A stretch of 32,697 nucleotides of DNA from an uncultured Clostridia bacterium (GTDB taxonomy: Bacteria > Bacillota > Clostridia > UBA1381), in the NCBI GenBank assembly GCA_944391635.1, contig CALXUL010000145.1:1-32697 (forward strand), in the 5' to 3' direction. Made by a program: the position numbers and the translations under genes. The notes beneath the pieces were generated by a model. The model was given only the letters and a program-made list of their open reading frames with translations, was not told the origin of the DNA and ran no database searches. This document shows, piece by piece, positions 26,638-32,697 of this stretch (positions are counted from its first letter, which is position 1; every line of letters begins with the position of its first letter).

Positions 26638-26658
26638 TGCAAAAGGACATTCCTTTTG
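26638..26658. promoter_or_regulatory. Perfect 9-bp palindrome between the GH43-like stop and the transporter operon promoter region
   Basis: GCAAAAGGA-cat-TCCTTTTGC. No clear U-tract follows on the minus strand, so it could be a weak terminator or an operator. Confidence 0.3.
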
Positions 26659-26680
26659 CTTTAACGGACAAATTTTTGTT

Positions 26681-27571
26681 TTATAAAATGTGCACACCAA
26701 TATCATCAATTATTACCTCAGCCCTGGTTATTCTCCATTCCCGGTTTTTATCTGCACCCTGATAGAATAAATATAATCTTCCGTCAGTGTCTTCATAAAT
26801 ATACGGATGCCCCGATTCAAGATAATTCCAGGATTTTTTAGGTCCGTTAGCAATCAACGGCTTATTGCTTAACCTTTTAAAATTTATGCCATCCTCTGAT
26901 ACTGCACAACCTATTTGTTGAGGCGAACAGTTATATGCACCGCCATAAAACATATATACCTTATTATTTTTGGCTATTGCCGCCGGCGCTTCTATGCAGT
27001 CTTGCTCCCAGTCAAGCTCCGGCTTTAGTATTGCGCCGGCTTTTGCCTCTTGCCAACAATCCTTTGAATATGCGCTTCCTATTTCAGCAAATGCTGCTCC
27101 GAGCATTTGCTTTTTAAAAGACTTGTCACGCGTAGCAATGTATAAATAAAGTCTGTCTTTAAAAACCACCACATCTGCGTCTATTGCACGCCCGCAACAC
27201 CACTCTCCAGATGGTCTATATATTGGGTTTGTCTTGTCTCTTTTAAAATTAATACCATCACAGGAAGTTGCATGGCAGATTGCATCGTGTTGCTTATTGC
27301 CATAAGTTTGATAAAACAAATGCACTATATTATCAAGGACAATTGCTCCTGCTGCGCATATTCCATTTTTTTCAACCTCCCCCTCTGGCGCAATATATGA
27401 AACTATTTCCCATACTTCCATATCCTTTGATTTTGCAATACCTATTCCGTAACCAATCATTCCTTCATTAACAGGAGGGACTGTATAATATAAAATATAA
27501 TCGTCTTTGATTTTAATTACGGCAGGGTCCTTTGCAAAACTTTTTCCCCTGGAATTATCTGTAAAAAGCAT
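26681..27571 (-). CDS. GH43-like five-bladed beta-propeller glycoside hydrolase (intracellular, no signal peptide)
   Basis: FAKDPAVIKIKDDYILYYT resembles the GH43 catalytic-base blade (DP-x-[VI]-x(3)-D-x-YY). CIEAPAAIAKNNKVYMFYGG resembles the catalytic-acid blade (EGP-like). Repeated x-x-[LV]-[YH]-L-[FY]-Y blade ends are present. AAGGATGG precedes the ATG at 27571. Confidence 0.65.
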   Translation of the reverse strand: MLFTDNSRGKSFAKDPAVIKIKDDYILYYTVPPVNEGMIGYGIGIAKSKDMEVWEIVSYIAPEGEVEKNGICAAGAIVLDNIVHLFYQTYGNKQHDAICHATSCDGINFKRDKTNPIYRPSGEWCCGRAIDADVVVFKDRLYLYIATRDKSFKKQMLGAAFAEIGSAYSKDCWQEAKAGAILKPELDWEQDCIEAPAAIAKNNKVYMFYGGAYNCSPQQIGCAVSEDGINFKRLSNKPLIANGPKKSWNYLESGHPYIYEDTDGRLYLFYQGADKNREWRITRAEVIIDDIGVHIL

Positions 27572-27648
27572 TCTGCACCATCCTTATATAGTAATTTTAA
27601 TTAATTATATAATCATGCGTCACACAAGGTCAACTTTACTGATAGTTT

Positions 27649-27691
27649 TCCATATAAATTGTCCATATAAACAAAAAAATGTCCATATAAA
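27649..27691. repeat. Three direct copies of TCCATATAAA upstream of the GH43-like gene (candidate operator array)
   Basis: Copies lie at 27649..27658, 27662..27671 and 27682..27691. The first and third share the 12-mer TCCATATAAATT, 33 bp apart. The array sits 78-120 nt upstream of the ATG at 27571. Confidence 0.4.
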
Positions 27692-27980
27692 TTCAATTTA
27701 AATGAGGATTAGCAACTGCTATATAAACTAACTCACACATCAAAAGTAAACCGTTTTAAATGCATTTACTGTTTAAAAGCATCAATAAAAACAAGTTATA
27801 AAACACTAATCTGAGGACTTTATTAATAGATAGTTAATATAACCGGGCAACTATTGATGCTTTTTATGTTGTAACAGATGAAAATATTAGCATTAGACAA
27901 AAACAGACGGATAATTGATGCTCAAAATGCCCAGATTGGCAGGGCGTTTTTTAACAAATAAAATACTGTAAAACAAAGCA

Positions 27981-28016
27981 AAAGTCCCAAAATCACAACA
28001 ATTTTGGGACTTTTTT
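27981..28016. terminator. Bidirectional intrinsic terminator in the long intergenic region
   Basis: AAAGTCCCAAAAT (27981..27993) pairs with ATTTTGGGACTTT (28001..28013). T-runs flank it on both strands (TTTTTT on plus, TTTTGCTTTGTTTT on minus). Confidence 0.5.
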
Positions 28017-28174
28017 AATTTGAATAAAGTGAACGATATAGAATGCGTCGCAAGACGCAACTGGCAAAAAGTGGGCAGCGAAAGCAAGCCGCCGCGAATA
28101 TACTTACAAATGGAAAGGCGCGCCGAGCGTTCCTTTTCGCAAAAAAGCGGCAAAAGGTAATGCAATGCTGTATT

Positions 28175-28210
28175 TTTTCACAAAAATACGGCAAGTCAAA
28201 AGACTTGCCG
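28175..28210 (-). terminator. Intrinsic terminator of tRNA-Trp
   Basis: The minus strand reads CGGCAAGTC-tttt-GACTTGCCG followed by TATTTTTGTG. It begins 5 nt after the tRNA 3' CCA. Confidence 0.65.
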
Positions 28211-28215
28211 CGACG

Positions 28216-28291
28216 TGGCAGGGGTACAAGGACTCGAACCTTGGGCACTTGGTTTTGGAGACCAATGCTCTACCAACTGAGCTACACCCCT
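28216..28291 (-). tRNA. trnW: tRNA-Trp (anticodon CCA), 76 nt, CCA encoded
   Basis: Hand-folded cloverleaf: acceptor AGGGGTG/TACCCCT, D arm GCTC-AGTTGGTA-GAGC, anticodon arm TTGGT-CTCCAAA-ACCAA, T arm CAAGG-TTCGAGT-CCTTG, discriminator G, then CCA. Confidence 0.93.
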
Positions 28292-28309
28292 ATATTTCGT
28301 TACCAAACT

Positions 28310-28338
28310 ATTATACTAAATTGTTACTTACTTGTCAA
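28310..28338 (-). promoter_or_regulatory. Consensus sigma-A promoter for tRNA-Trp (TTGACA-17-TATAAT)
   Basis: The minus strand has TTGACA (28338..28333), a 17-nt spacer and TATAAT (28315..28310). The tRNA 5' end is 18 nt downstream. Confidence 0.7.
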
Positions 28339-28431
28339 GGTTTTTATTCAATATTTTTTACAGCTATTCCCCTCCAAACACAGCTTGAATTGATGTTCTA
28401 TTTCCCCAATTAAAATAAATGCAAAAATCTC

Positions 28432-28460
28432 TTGACATTTTCGGCATATTATGATAATAT
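28432..28460 (+). promoter_or_regulatory. Near-consensus sigma-A promoter for tRNA-Glu (TTGACA-17-TAATAT, extended TG)
   Basis: TTGACA at 28432..28437, a 17-nt spacer ending in tga, and TAATAT at 28455..28460. The tRNA starts at 28475. Confidence 0.7.
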
Positions 28461-28474
28461 ACATAAGTCAATGC

Positions 28475-28549
28475 GGCCCGTTGGTCAAGCGGTTAAGACT
28501 CCGCCCTCTCACGGCGGCGACAAGGGTTCGATTCCCTTACGGGTCACCA
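28475..28549 (+). tRNA. trnE: tRNA-Glu (anticodon CUC), 75 nt, CCA encoded
   Basis: Hand-folded cloverleaf: acceptor GGCCCGT/ACGGGTC with one G-U pair, a 3-bp D stem GTC/GAC, anticodon arm CCGCC-CTCTCAC-GGCGG, 4-nt variable loop, T arm AAGGG-TTCGATT-CCCTT, discriminator A, then CCA. Confidence 0.93.
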
Positions 28550-28551
28550 AT

Positions 28552-28589
28552 GCTGAAGCAAATTTAATTTTGCTTCAGCTTATTTTTTT
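28552..28589 (+). terminator. Intrinsic terminator of tRNA-Glu
   Basis: GCTGAAGCAAA (28552..28562) pairs with TTTGCTTCAGC (28569..28579), followed by TTATTTTTTT. Confidence 0.8.
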
Positions 28590-28673
28590 GCTATAAAATT
28601 CACTCACCTTATAATCACTTTTTTAAATTAGTCTCCCCCTCAAATTTTTACTATTACGAACGCGAAAACTCTT

Positions 28674-28979
28674 TTAGCTCACAGACGCGGCAATTACTCT
28701 GCCGAACATTCGCATTTCTACTGAGTTTATGCACATTCCATACTCGGCATCAATATACTTATTAACATCAACCGTATATCCAAGCCCGCAATACCTGCCT
28801 GATCCGCCGTCCTGCAAAGTTGTGTCAACGGGAAGAACGAACAAAGGAGCTCTAAGAGAACTGCATCTGATATAATCCACAGCAAATATTGCTGCCCAAA
28901 CAATAATCAGTGCGGCTATAACCGAAATCAGCATTCTCCACCTTTTCACTCTTTTCCTCCCTCTTTTTATATATCCCAT
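28674..28979 (-). CDS. Small membrane-anchored protein (101 aa), function unknown
   Basis: A basic N-terminus (KRGRKRVKRWR) precedes one TM (MLISVIAALIIVWAAIFAV). The ATG at 28979 is 1 nt after the upstream stop (TGAtATG). Confidence 0.6.
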   Translation of the reverse strand: MGYIKRGRKRVKRWRMLISVIAALIIVWAAIFAVDYIRCSSLRAPLFVLPVDTTLQDGGSGRYCGLGYTVDVNKYIDAEYGMCINSVEMRMFGRVIAASVS

Positions 28980-28980
28980 A

Positions 28981-30330
28981 TCAGAAAATCCTAAGCCCCT
29001 TTGGGTAATGATTCTTCAAAACCCCGTCCGAACCTTTTGCCCAGCCCATGCAAAATCCGTCTACGCTCACACTGCACCAACCTGAAATATCACCGGCAAG
29101 CGTTTCGCCGCGCAAATATTTTTCAGCCTCCGGCGAGTCGGCGGAATAATCGGCATTATTCTTAAAACTATCCGCACTCATTCCAAGCGCCAGCGCATGA
29201 GCCGGCAAAAGCCTGCCCTTTCTTACAGTTCCTATCTCAAGCCCGGCTCTTAAAACCTTTAAACCCTTAATATCTATACCCTCCGGCAAAACACACAGCG
29301 TATCGCCGAACCTATGTAGTATGCCGTATTTATCCGGCATTTTAACTAATGTTTCCTCGCAAAACTTCCTATATTCCTCCGGTGCTTTGACTCTTTCCAT
29401 ATCCGTACCGGAAGCACATCTTCCGCACTGTTTCTCGAATACTGCCACAAAATGCCCCTCGCCGCAGGAATTATGCGGAAAAATACGTTTTGTAAATGAA
29501 AGGCTTTCTTCCCCTTTGCCCCATTCGGGACGTCCGCTGGTCACACCGTCCATGTTTATATCCACTATCTTCATTTCCGGATACTGCTTAAGGATATATT
29601 CTGCCACGCCCTCATTCTCCTCCGGCGCAAATGTACAGGTAGAATACACCATTCTTCCGCCTTCTTGCAGCATACGCACTGCACTGTCCGCAATCAGTTT
29701 CTGCCGCGTTGCGCATGCCCTGCTATGTTCTTCGCTCCATTCCTGTCTGGCTGCCGGGTCTTTCCTGAACATACCCTCGCCCGAACACGGCGCATCAAGA
29801 ATTATACAGTCAAAATAATCCGCAAATTTCTTTTCAAGCCGCTCGGGGGTTTCGTTTGTAACTATAGCATTTGTTATGCCCATTCGCTCTATATTCCCCG
29901 AAAGAATTTTTGCGCGTTTTGTGATAATCTCATTTGCAACAATCACGCCTTCGCCCTTAAGCATTGCAGCCGCCTGGGTTGCCTTTCCGCCCGGCGCCGC
30001 GCACAAATCCAGCACGCGCATCCCGGGCTTTATCTGAGACGCCTCTGCCGCAGCCATCGCCGACGGCTCCTGGAAGTAAAACAATCCTGCCGCATGGTAC
30101 GGATGCCTGCCCGATAGCGAATCGGAAGATACTATATACCCGTCGGCGCACCAGGGGACTTTTCCCACCACGTTGCACGCACGAAGCACCGCATCACTTG
30201 CGCCCGGCTTTAACGTATTTATCCTTATCGCACGATAATCCACCTCTGACTCAAGCGCCTTGAGAAACTCGTCAAACTCCGCCCCTAGCATTTGTTTCAT
30301 ACGCCCAAGAAACTCTTCCGGGAAAGTCAT
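28981..30330 (-). CDS. RNA cytosine-C5 methyltransferase, NOL1/NOP2/Sun family (RsmB/RsmF-like) with a C-terminal PUA-like extension
   Basis: AdoMet motif VLDLCAAPGGKATQ, catalytic Cys motifs ILDAPCSGEGMFRKDP and VYSTCTFAPEENE. The start overlaps the queG-HAD stop in an ATGA. Confidence 0.85.
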   Translation of the reverse strand: MTFPEEFLGRMKQMLGAEFDEFLKALESEVDYRAIRINTLKPGASDAVLRACNVVGKVPWCADGYIVSSDSLSGRHPYHAAGLFYFQEPSAMAAAEASQIKPGMRVLDLCAAPGGKATQAAAMLKGEGVIVANEIITKRAKILSGNIERMGITNAIVTNETPERLEKKFADYFDCIILDAPCSGEGMFRKDPAARQEWSEEHSRACATRQKLIADSAVRMLQEGGRMVYSTCTFAPEENEGVAEYILKQYPEMKIVDINMDGVTSGRPEWGKGEESLSFTKRIFPHNSCGEGHFVAVFEKQCGRCASGTDMERVKAPEEYRKFCEETLVKMPDKYGILHRFGDTLCVLPEGIDIKGLKVLRAGLEIGTVRKGRLLPAHALALGMSADSFKNNADYSADSPEAEKYLRGETLAGDISGWCSVSVDGFCMGWAKGSDGVLKNHYPKGLRIF

Positions 30331-31820
30331 AGCAGTTCACCCCAATTTGTTATATATCTGTCTGCCTCCGACTTCATCTGCTCGGTTTCACACAAATTAC
30401 TGTCATCTTTAACGGCAGTTGTAAGCATACCTGCCTTTTTAGCGCCTCGAATCCCGGCAAGTATATCCTCAAATACCATACAATCCTTTGGCTCAACGCC
30501 TATCCGCTTTGCCGCAAGCAGGTAAATGTCCGGATGCGATTTATCTACCCCCACTTCGCCCGAAAACGCAAATGCGGTTATGTACTGCATAACCCCCAGC
30601 CTTTCAAGCGCCATCTTGCAAGCGTCCGGGAATCCTGACGTTGCAATCGCAATCTTTACCCCGTGCTTATGCAGAGTTTCCATATACAATACCGCCTTAT
30701 CCTTCGCCTGTATATGATACGCATACTCGTCCTGTGCCATTTGGGTAAATTCACTCCTCACCAATTCCCGGTCAAGCCCACATGCATCCGCAAGCAGCGG
30801 CAGCGACATTTCAAGCGTACAATTACGCAGATTATCCGTTATTTCCGAAATATCGCCTATACCATGTTCTGCAAGAAACTTCTCAGTCATATTCTCCCAG
30901 CACTGCATAGAATCGAGGATTGTCCCGTCAACATCAAAAATAGCCCCCGAAAACACCTTTTCTCCCTCCTGTAAAATCGAAAGATTACGTAAAATCACAT
31001 CATATCCGCGCCAGGAAAAGGCGCGCTCTGCATAAATACGGCGAAATTCACGATTTGATTTTGCCATATCTTTTTTAAGTTCGGTTTCTAAATTTTCTCT
31101 AAACTCATCAATGCCGGTAATCGGCACGCCCTTATTATGCGGGCATACAATCTGGCATATATCACAGCCCCAGGCAAAACCGCTTTTTCTAATTATTTGC
31201 GCCTTGTGCGCGTCAAGCACGCCTTTTTTCTGAGTAAGATATGATGCGCAATTTTCCGCACAAAAATCCTCTCCGTCAAGCGCTCCGCCCGGACATTCCC
31301 TCACACACGCGCCGCATCCGGCACATGTCATTTCAAGCGGCTTGTCTATCTCAATCTCTGCATCGGTAAGAATATACCCGATAAACACATAACTGCCGAA
31401 TTTTGGGCTTATCAGCATATGATTTCTGCCAAAAAATCCAAGCCCGGCAAGCCATGCAAGATGCCTGTCACACAGTGCCCCGGTATCACAAAAGCATTTT
31501 GCCGTATATCCCAGACCGGTTAAAACCTCCGAAAGCGCGGCAAGCTTTTCCCCCACCACTATATGATAGTCCTTGCCCTTTGCATAGCACGACAGGTTTG
31601 TACGCGGCGTATCTGTATGATACGAAAACAGGCAAACAACTGCCGACTTTGCATGCGGCATAGAAAATTCCGGGTTTATTCGTTTTTCTATTTCCGCATA
31701 CGACAAAGGAGCGCGCTTACTTCTTAGCCGCTCCTCCAGTTCACTATACCGGCGCGCACGGCAAAAGCCTATATCGCTTATGCCAAGCTTTTTTGCTTTT
31801 TCTAAAAGCTGCTGTTTCAT
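30327..31820 (-). CDS. queG: Fusion protein: epoxyqueuosine reductase QueG (aa 1-~284) plus HAD-IA phosphatase domain (aa ~289-497)
   Basis: The QueG part has the DUF1730-like N-terminus (CYAKGKDYH, CDRHLAWLAGLGFFGRN) and two 4Fe-4S motifs (CAGCGACVRECP and CDICQIVCPHN). The HAD part has motif I AIFDVDGTILDS, IATSG and the late motif VFEDILAGIRGAKKAGM. It is one uninterrupted frame. Confidence 0.8.
   Translation of the reverse strand: MKQQLLEKAKKLGISDIGFCRARRYSELEERLRSKRAPLSYAEIEKRINPEFSMPHAKSAVVCLFSYHTDTPRTNLSCYAKGKDYHIVVGEKLAALSEVLTGLGYTAKCFCDTGALCDRHLAWLAGLGFFGRNHMLISPKFGSYVFIGYILTDAEIEIDKPLEMTCAGCGACVRECPGGALDGEDFCAENCASYLTQKKGVLDAHKAQIIRKSGFAWGCDICQIVCPHNKGVPITGIDEFRENLETELKKDMAKSNREFRRIYAERAFSWRGYDVILRNLSILQEGEKVFSGAIFDVDGTILDSMQCWENMTEKFLAEHGIGDISEITDNLRNCTLEMSLPLLADACGLDRELVRSEFTQMAQDEYAYHIQAKDKAVLYMETLHKHGVKIAIATSGFPDACKMALERLGVMQYITAFAFSGEVGVDKSHPDIYLLAAKRIGVEPKDCMVFEDILAGIRGAKKAGMLTTAVKDDSNLCETEQMKSEADRYITNWGELL
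30954..30970 (-). promoter_or_regulatory. Internal Shine-Dalgarno plus GTG at the QueG/HAD junction (possible independent HAD translation start)
   Basis: The minus strand reads AGGAGGGAGAAAAG-GTG-TTT-TCG-GGG-GCT-ATT-TTT-GAT-GTT-GAC. GGAGG lies 8 nt before the in-frame GTG (V289), and that GTG sits 7 codons before the DxD motif, the usual position of a HAD start codon. Confidence 0.45.
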
Positions 31821-32134
31821 ATAGCGCTGTCTATCATATCCGAGAATGCCTCGCGGCTTTTTGCGCCGACAGATTTTGCCAGAACTTTGCCATTTTTCAA
31901 AATAACCACTGTCGGAATAGATACTACCGCAAATTCGCTTGCAAGCTCACTGTTTGCGTCCACATTAACTTTGCAGACCTTAAGCCTTCCGCTGTATTCC
32001 TCCGCAAGCTCGTCAATTATCGGAGATACCATACGGCAGGGTCCGCACCAGCTCGCCCAAAAATCTATCAGCACAGGTACCGAAGATTTCATTACTTCCT
32101 GTTCAAAATTATTTTTATTTAGTTCTACTACCAT
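31817..32134 (-). CDS. trxA: Thioredoxin
   Basis: WASWCGPCR active site. Length is 105 aa from ATG 32134 (MVVELNKNNFEQEV). The ORF-track start at 32167 overlaps the upstream gene and adds 11 non-homologous residues. The stop overlaps the queG ATG (ATGA). Confidence 0.9.
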   Translation of the reverse strand: MVVELNKNNFEQEVMKSSVPVLIDFWASWCGPCRMVSPIIDELAEEYSGRLKVCKVNVDANSELASEFAVVSIPTVVILKNGKVLAKSVGAKSREAFSDMIDSAI

Positions 32135-32154
32135 CACAAATCCCGTCCTTTCTT

Positions 32155-32697
32155 TTATTCTGCCCAATAATCGGGTATTGAACTATATATATTATTTCCG
32201 TCTGACGGCGGATTTAAAATCTCTTCACCATAAAACGCACCGTCCTCATAGGTATACTCAGTTACCGCAAGTCCGGTACTTGTCGAACGGATTAGTGAAA
32301 TAACCGGCGTATTGCTCCTGTTTTCAACTATCATATACGCTTTGCCGTGTATATGGGCATCCAAAAGCACATACGTTTCAGTTTCATTTGATACAGTAAG
32401 CGCCCACTGCTGGCTGTCATCCCACATCATATATCCGTCACTTGCACGTTGTGCGCTGGTTGCAAGATAAATATCACAGTATTCCCCACCTATTGTCATT
32501 CCTGCTTCACCCAAAACGGTCCAGCTCTCATCAATAGGCGATGTCTCGGACGGTTCTATTTTGGTTTTTTCCGAATTTTTTTCCGGCTCTTTTGTTGCCT
32601 CAGCCGTTACATCAGGCGACGGTGACGGAGTCATTTCCTCCTGCGTACCGCACGATGCAAGCATTAGCGCGCAAAGCATTACTGCAAAAATCTTTTT
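32155..32697 (-). CDS. Putative lipoprotein, 5'-partial (the start lies beyond the window)
   Basis: The frame is open to the window edge and reads KKIFAVMLCALMLAS|CGTQ, a lipobox. A P/S/E/T-rich linker and a ~120-aa domain follow. No family recognised. Confidence 0.65.
   Translation of the reverse strand, partial: KKIFAVMLCALMLASCGTQEEMTPSPSPDVTAEATKEPEKNSEKTKIEPSETSPIDESWTVLGEAGMTIGGEYCDIYLATSAQRASDGYMMWDDSQQWALTVSNETETYVLLDAHIHGKAYMIVENRSNTPVISLIRSTSTGLAVTEYTYEDGAFYGEEILNPPSDGNNIYSSIPDYWAE

Noticed and set aside
26563-26680. A catabolite-responsive element (cre) upstream of the transporter operon, and a shared TCCATATAAA-like operator.
   Set aside because: The best candidate, TATAAACGTAGTAA, misses key cre positions (G2 and the central symmetry). 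Only short TGTCC or TTTATAT fragments recur, which is not beyond chance in AT-rich DNA.
27649-27691. Possible CRISPR array or other phased repeat array.
   Set aside because: There are only three 10-12-bp copies with irregular 13- and 20-bp spacing. There are no 25-40-bp repeats, no spacers and no cas genes in the window.
28109-28116. GGCGCGCC (an AscI-type 8-bp palindrome) in an AT-rich spacer, considered as a possible cloning scar or engineered junction.
   Set aside because: It is a single occurrence inside a locally GC-rich hairpin, with no vector-like flanks. Chance and secondary structure explain it adequately.
27572-28215. A riboswitch or T-box leader, or prophage/integrase remnants next to the tRNAs.
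   Set aside because: I recognised no conserved riboswitch or T-box core (no specifier/T-box sequence). No integrase-like frame or tRNA-derived direct repeat is visible. The region is kept only as a low-confidence sRNA/operator observation.
27893-28413. Four overlapping ORFs (77-116 aa) covering the intergenic region and tRNA-Trp.
   Set aside because: They run through a hand-folded tRNA, its promoter and two terminators. Their sequences are not protein-like.
29321-30263. ORFs of 73-165 aa overlapping the rsmB/F-like gene (29321..29818, 29665..30117, 29957..30178, 29964..30263).
   Set aside because: They lie in a GC-richer region where long spurious frames are expected. Their translations are R/P/A/S-rich with no motifs, while the host gene has unambiguous methyltransferase motifs.

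Overview
The window looks like low-to-moderate-GC Firmicutes/Clostridia chromosome. Supporting signs are SLH cell-wall anchors, LplABC-type sugar ABC transporters, sigma-A consensus promoters, AGGAGG ribosome-binding sites and frequent GTG/TTG starts. About 21 kb (6.8-27.6 kb, minus strand) is one large uncharacterised Gram-positive polysaccharide-utilisation locus. In transcription order it encodes a GH43-like enzyme, a lipoprotein solute-binding protein with two permeases, a 1386-aa SLH-anchored protein, a 1450-aa heparinase II/III-fold lyase, a 427-aa secreted protein, a 983-aa SASA-type O-acetyl esterase, GH105, and a membrane-spanning AraC sensor-regulator. This locus is my main candidate for new biology. 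A GH88 gene and a decayed second ABC transporter lie at 0-2.9 kb. They are separated from the main locus by a mosaic insert: an AT-rich restriction-modification-like pair (unknown 289-aa protein plus D12/Dam-class adenine methylase), a divergent Crp/Fnr regulator and 4Fe-4S protein pair, and a short IS256-family transposase remnant. The right end holds divergent tRNA-Trp(CCA) and tRNA-Glu(CUC) genes, each with its own near-consensus promoter and terminator. Beyond them is a GC-richer housekeeping operon (lipoprotein, thioredoxin, QueG-HAD fusion, RsmB/RsmF-like m5C methyltransferase, small membrane protein) coupled by ATGA overlaps. I found no CRISPR array, rRNA, integrase or intact mobile element. 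All family assignments come from motifs read by eye in the translations and need HMM or BLAST confirmation.
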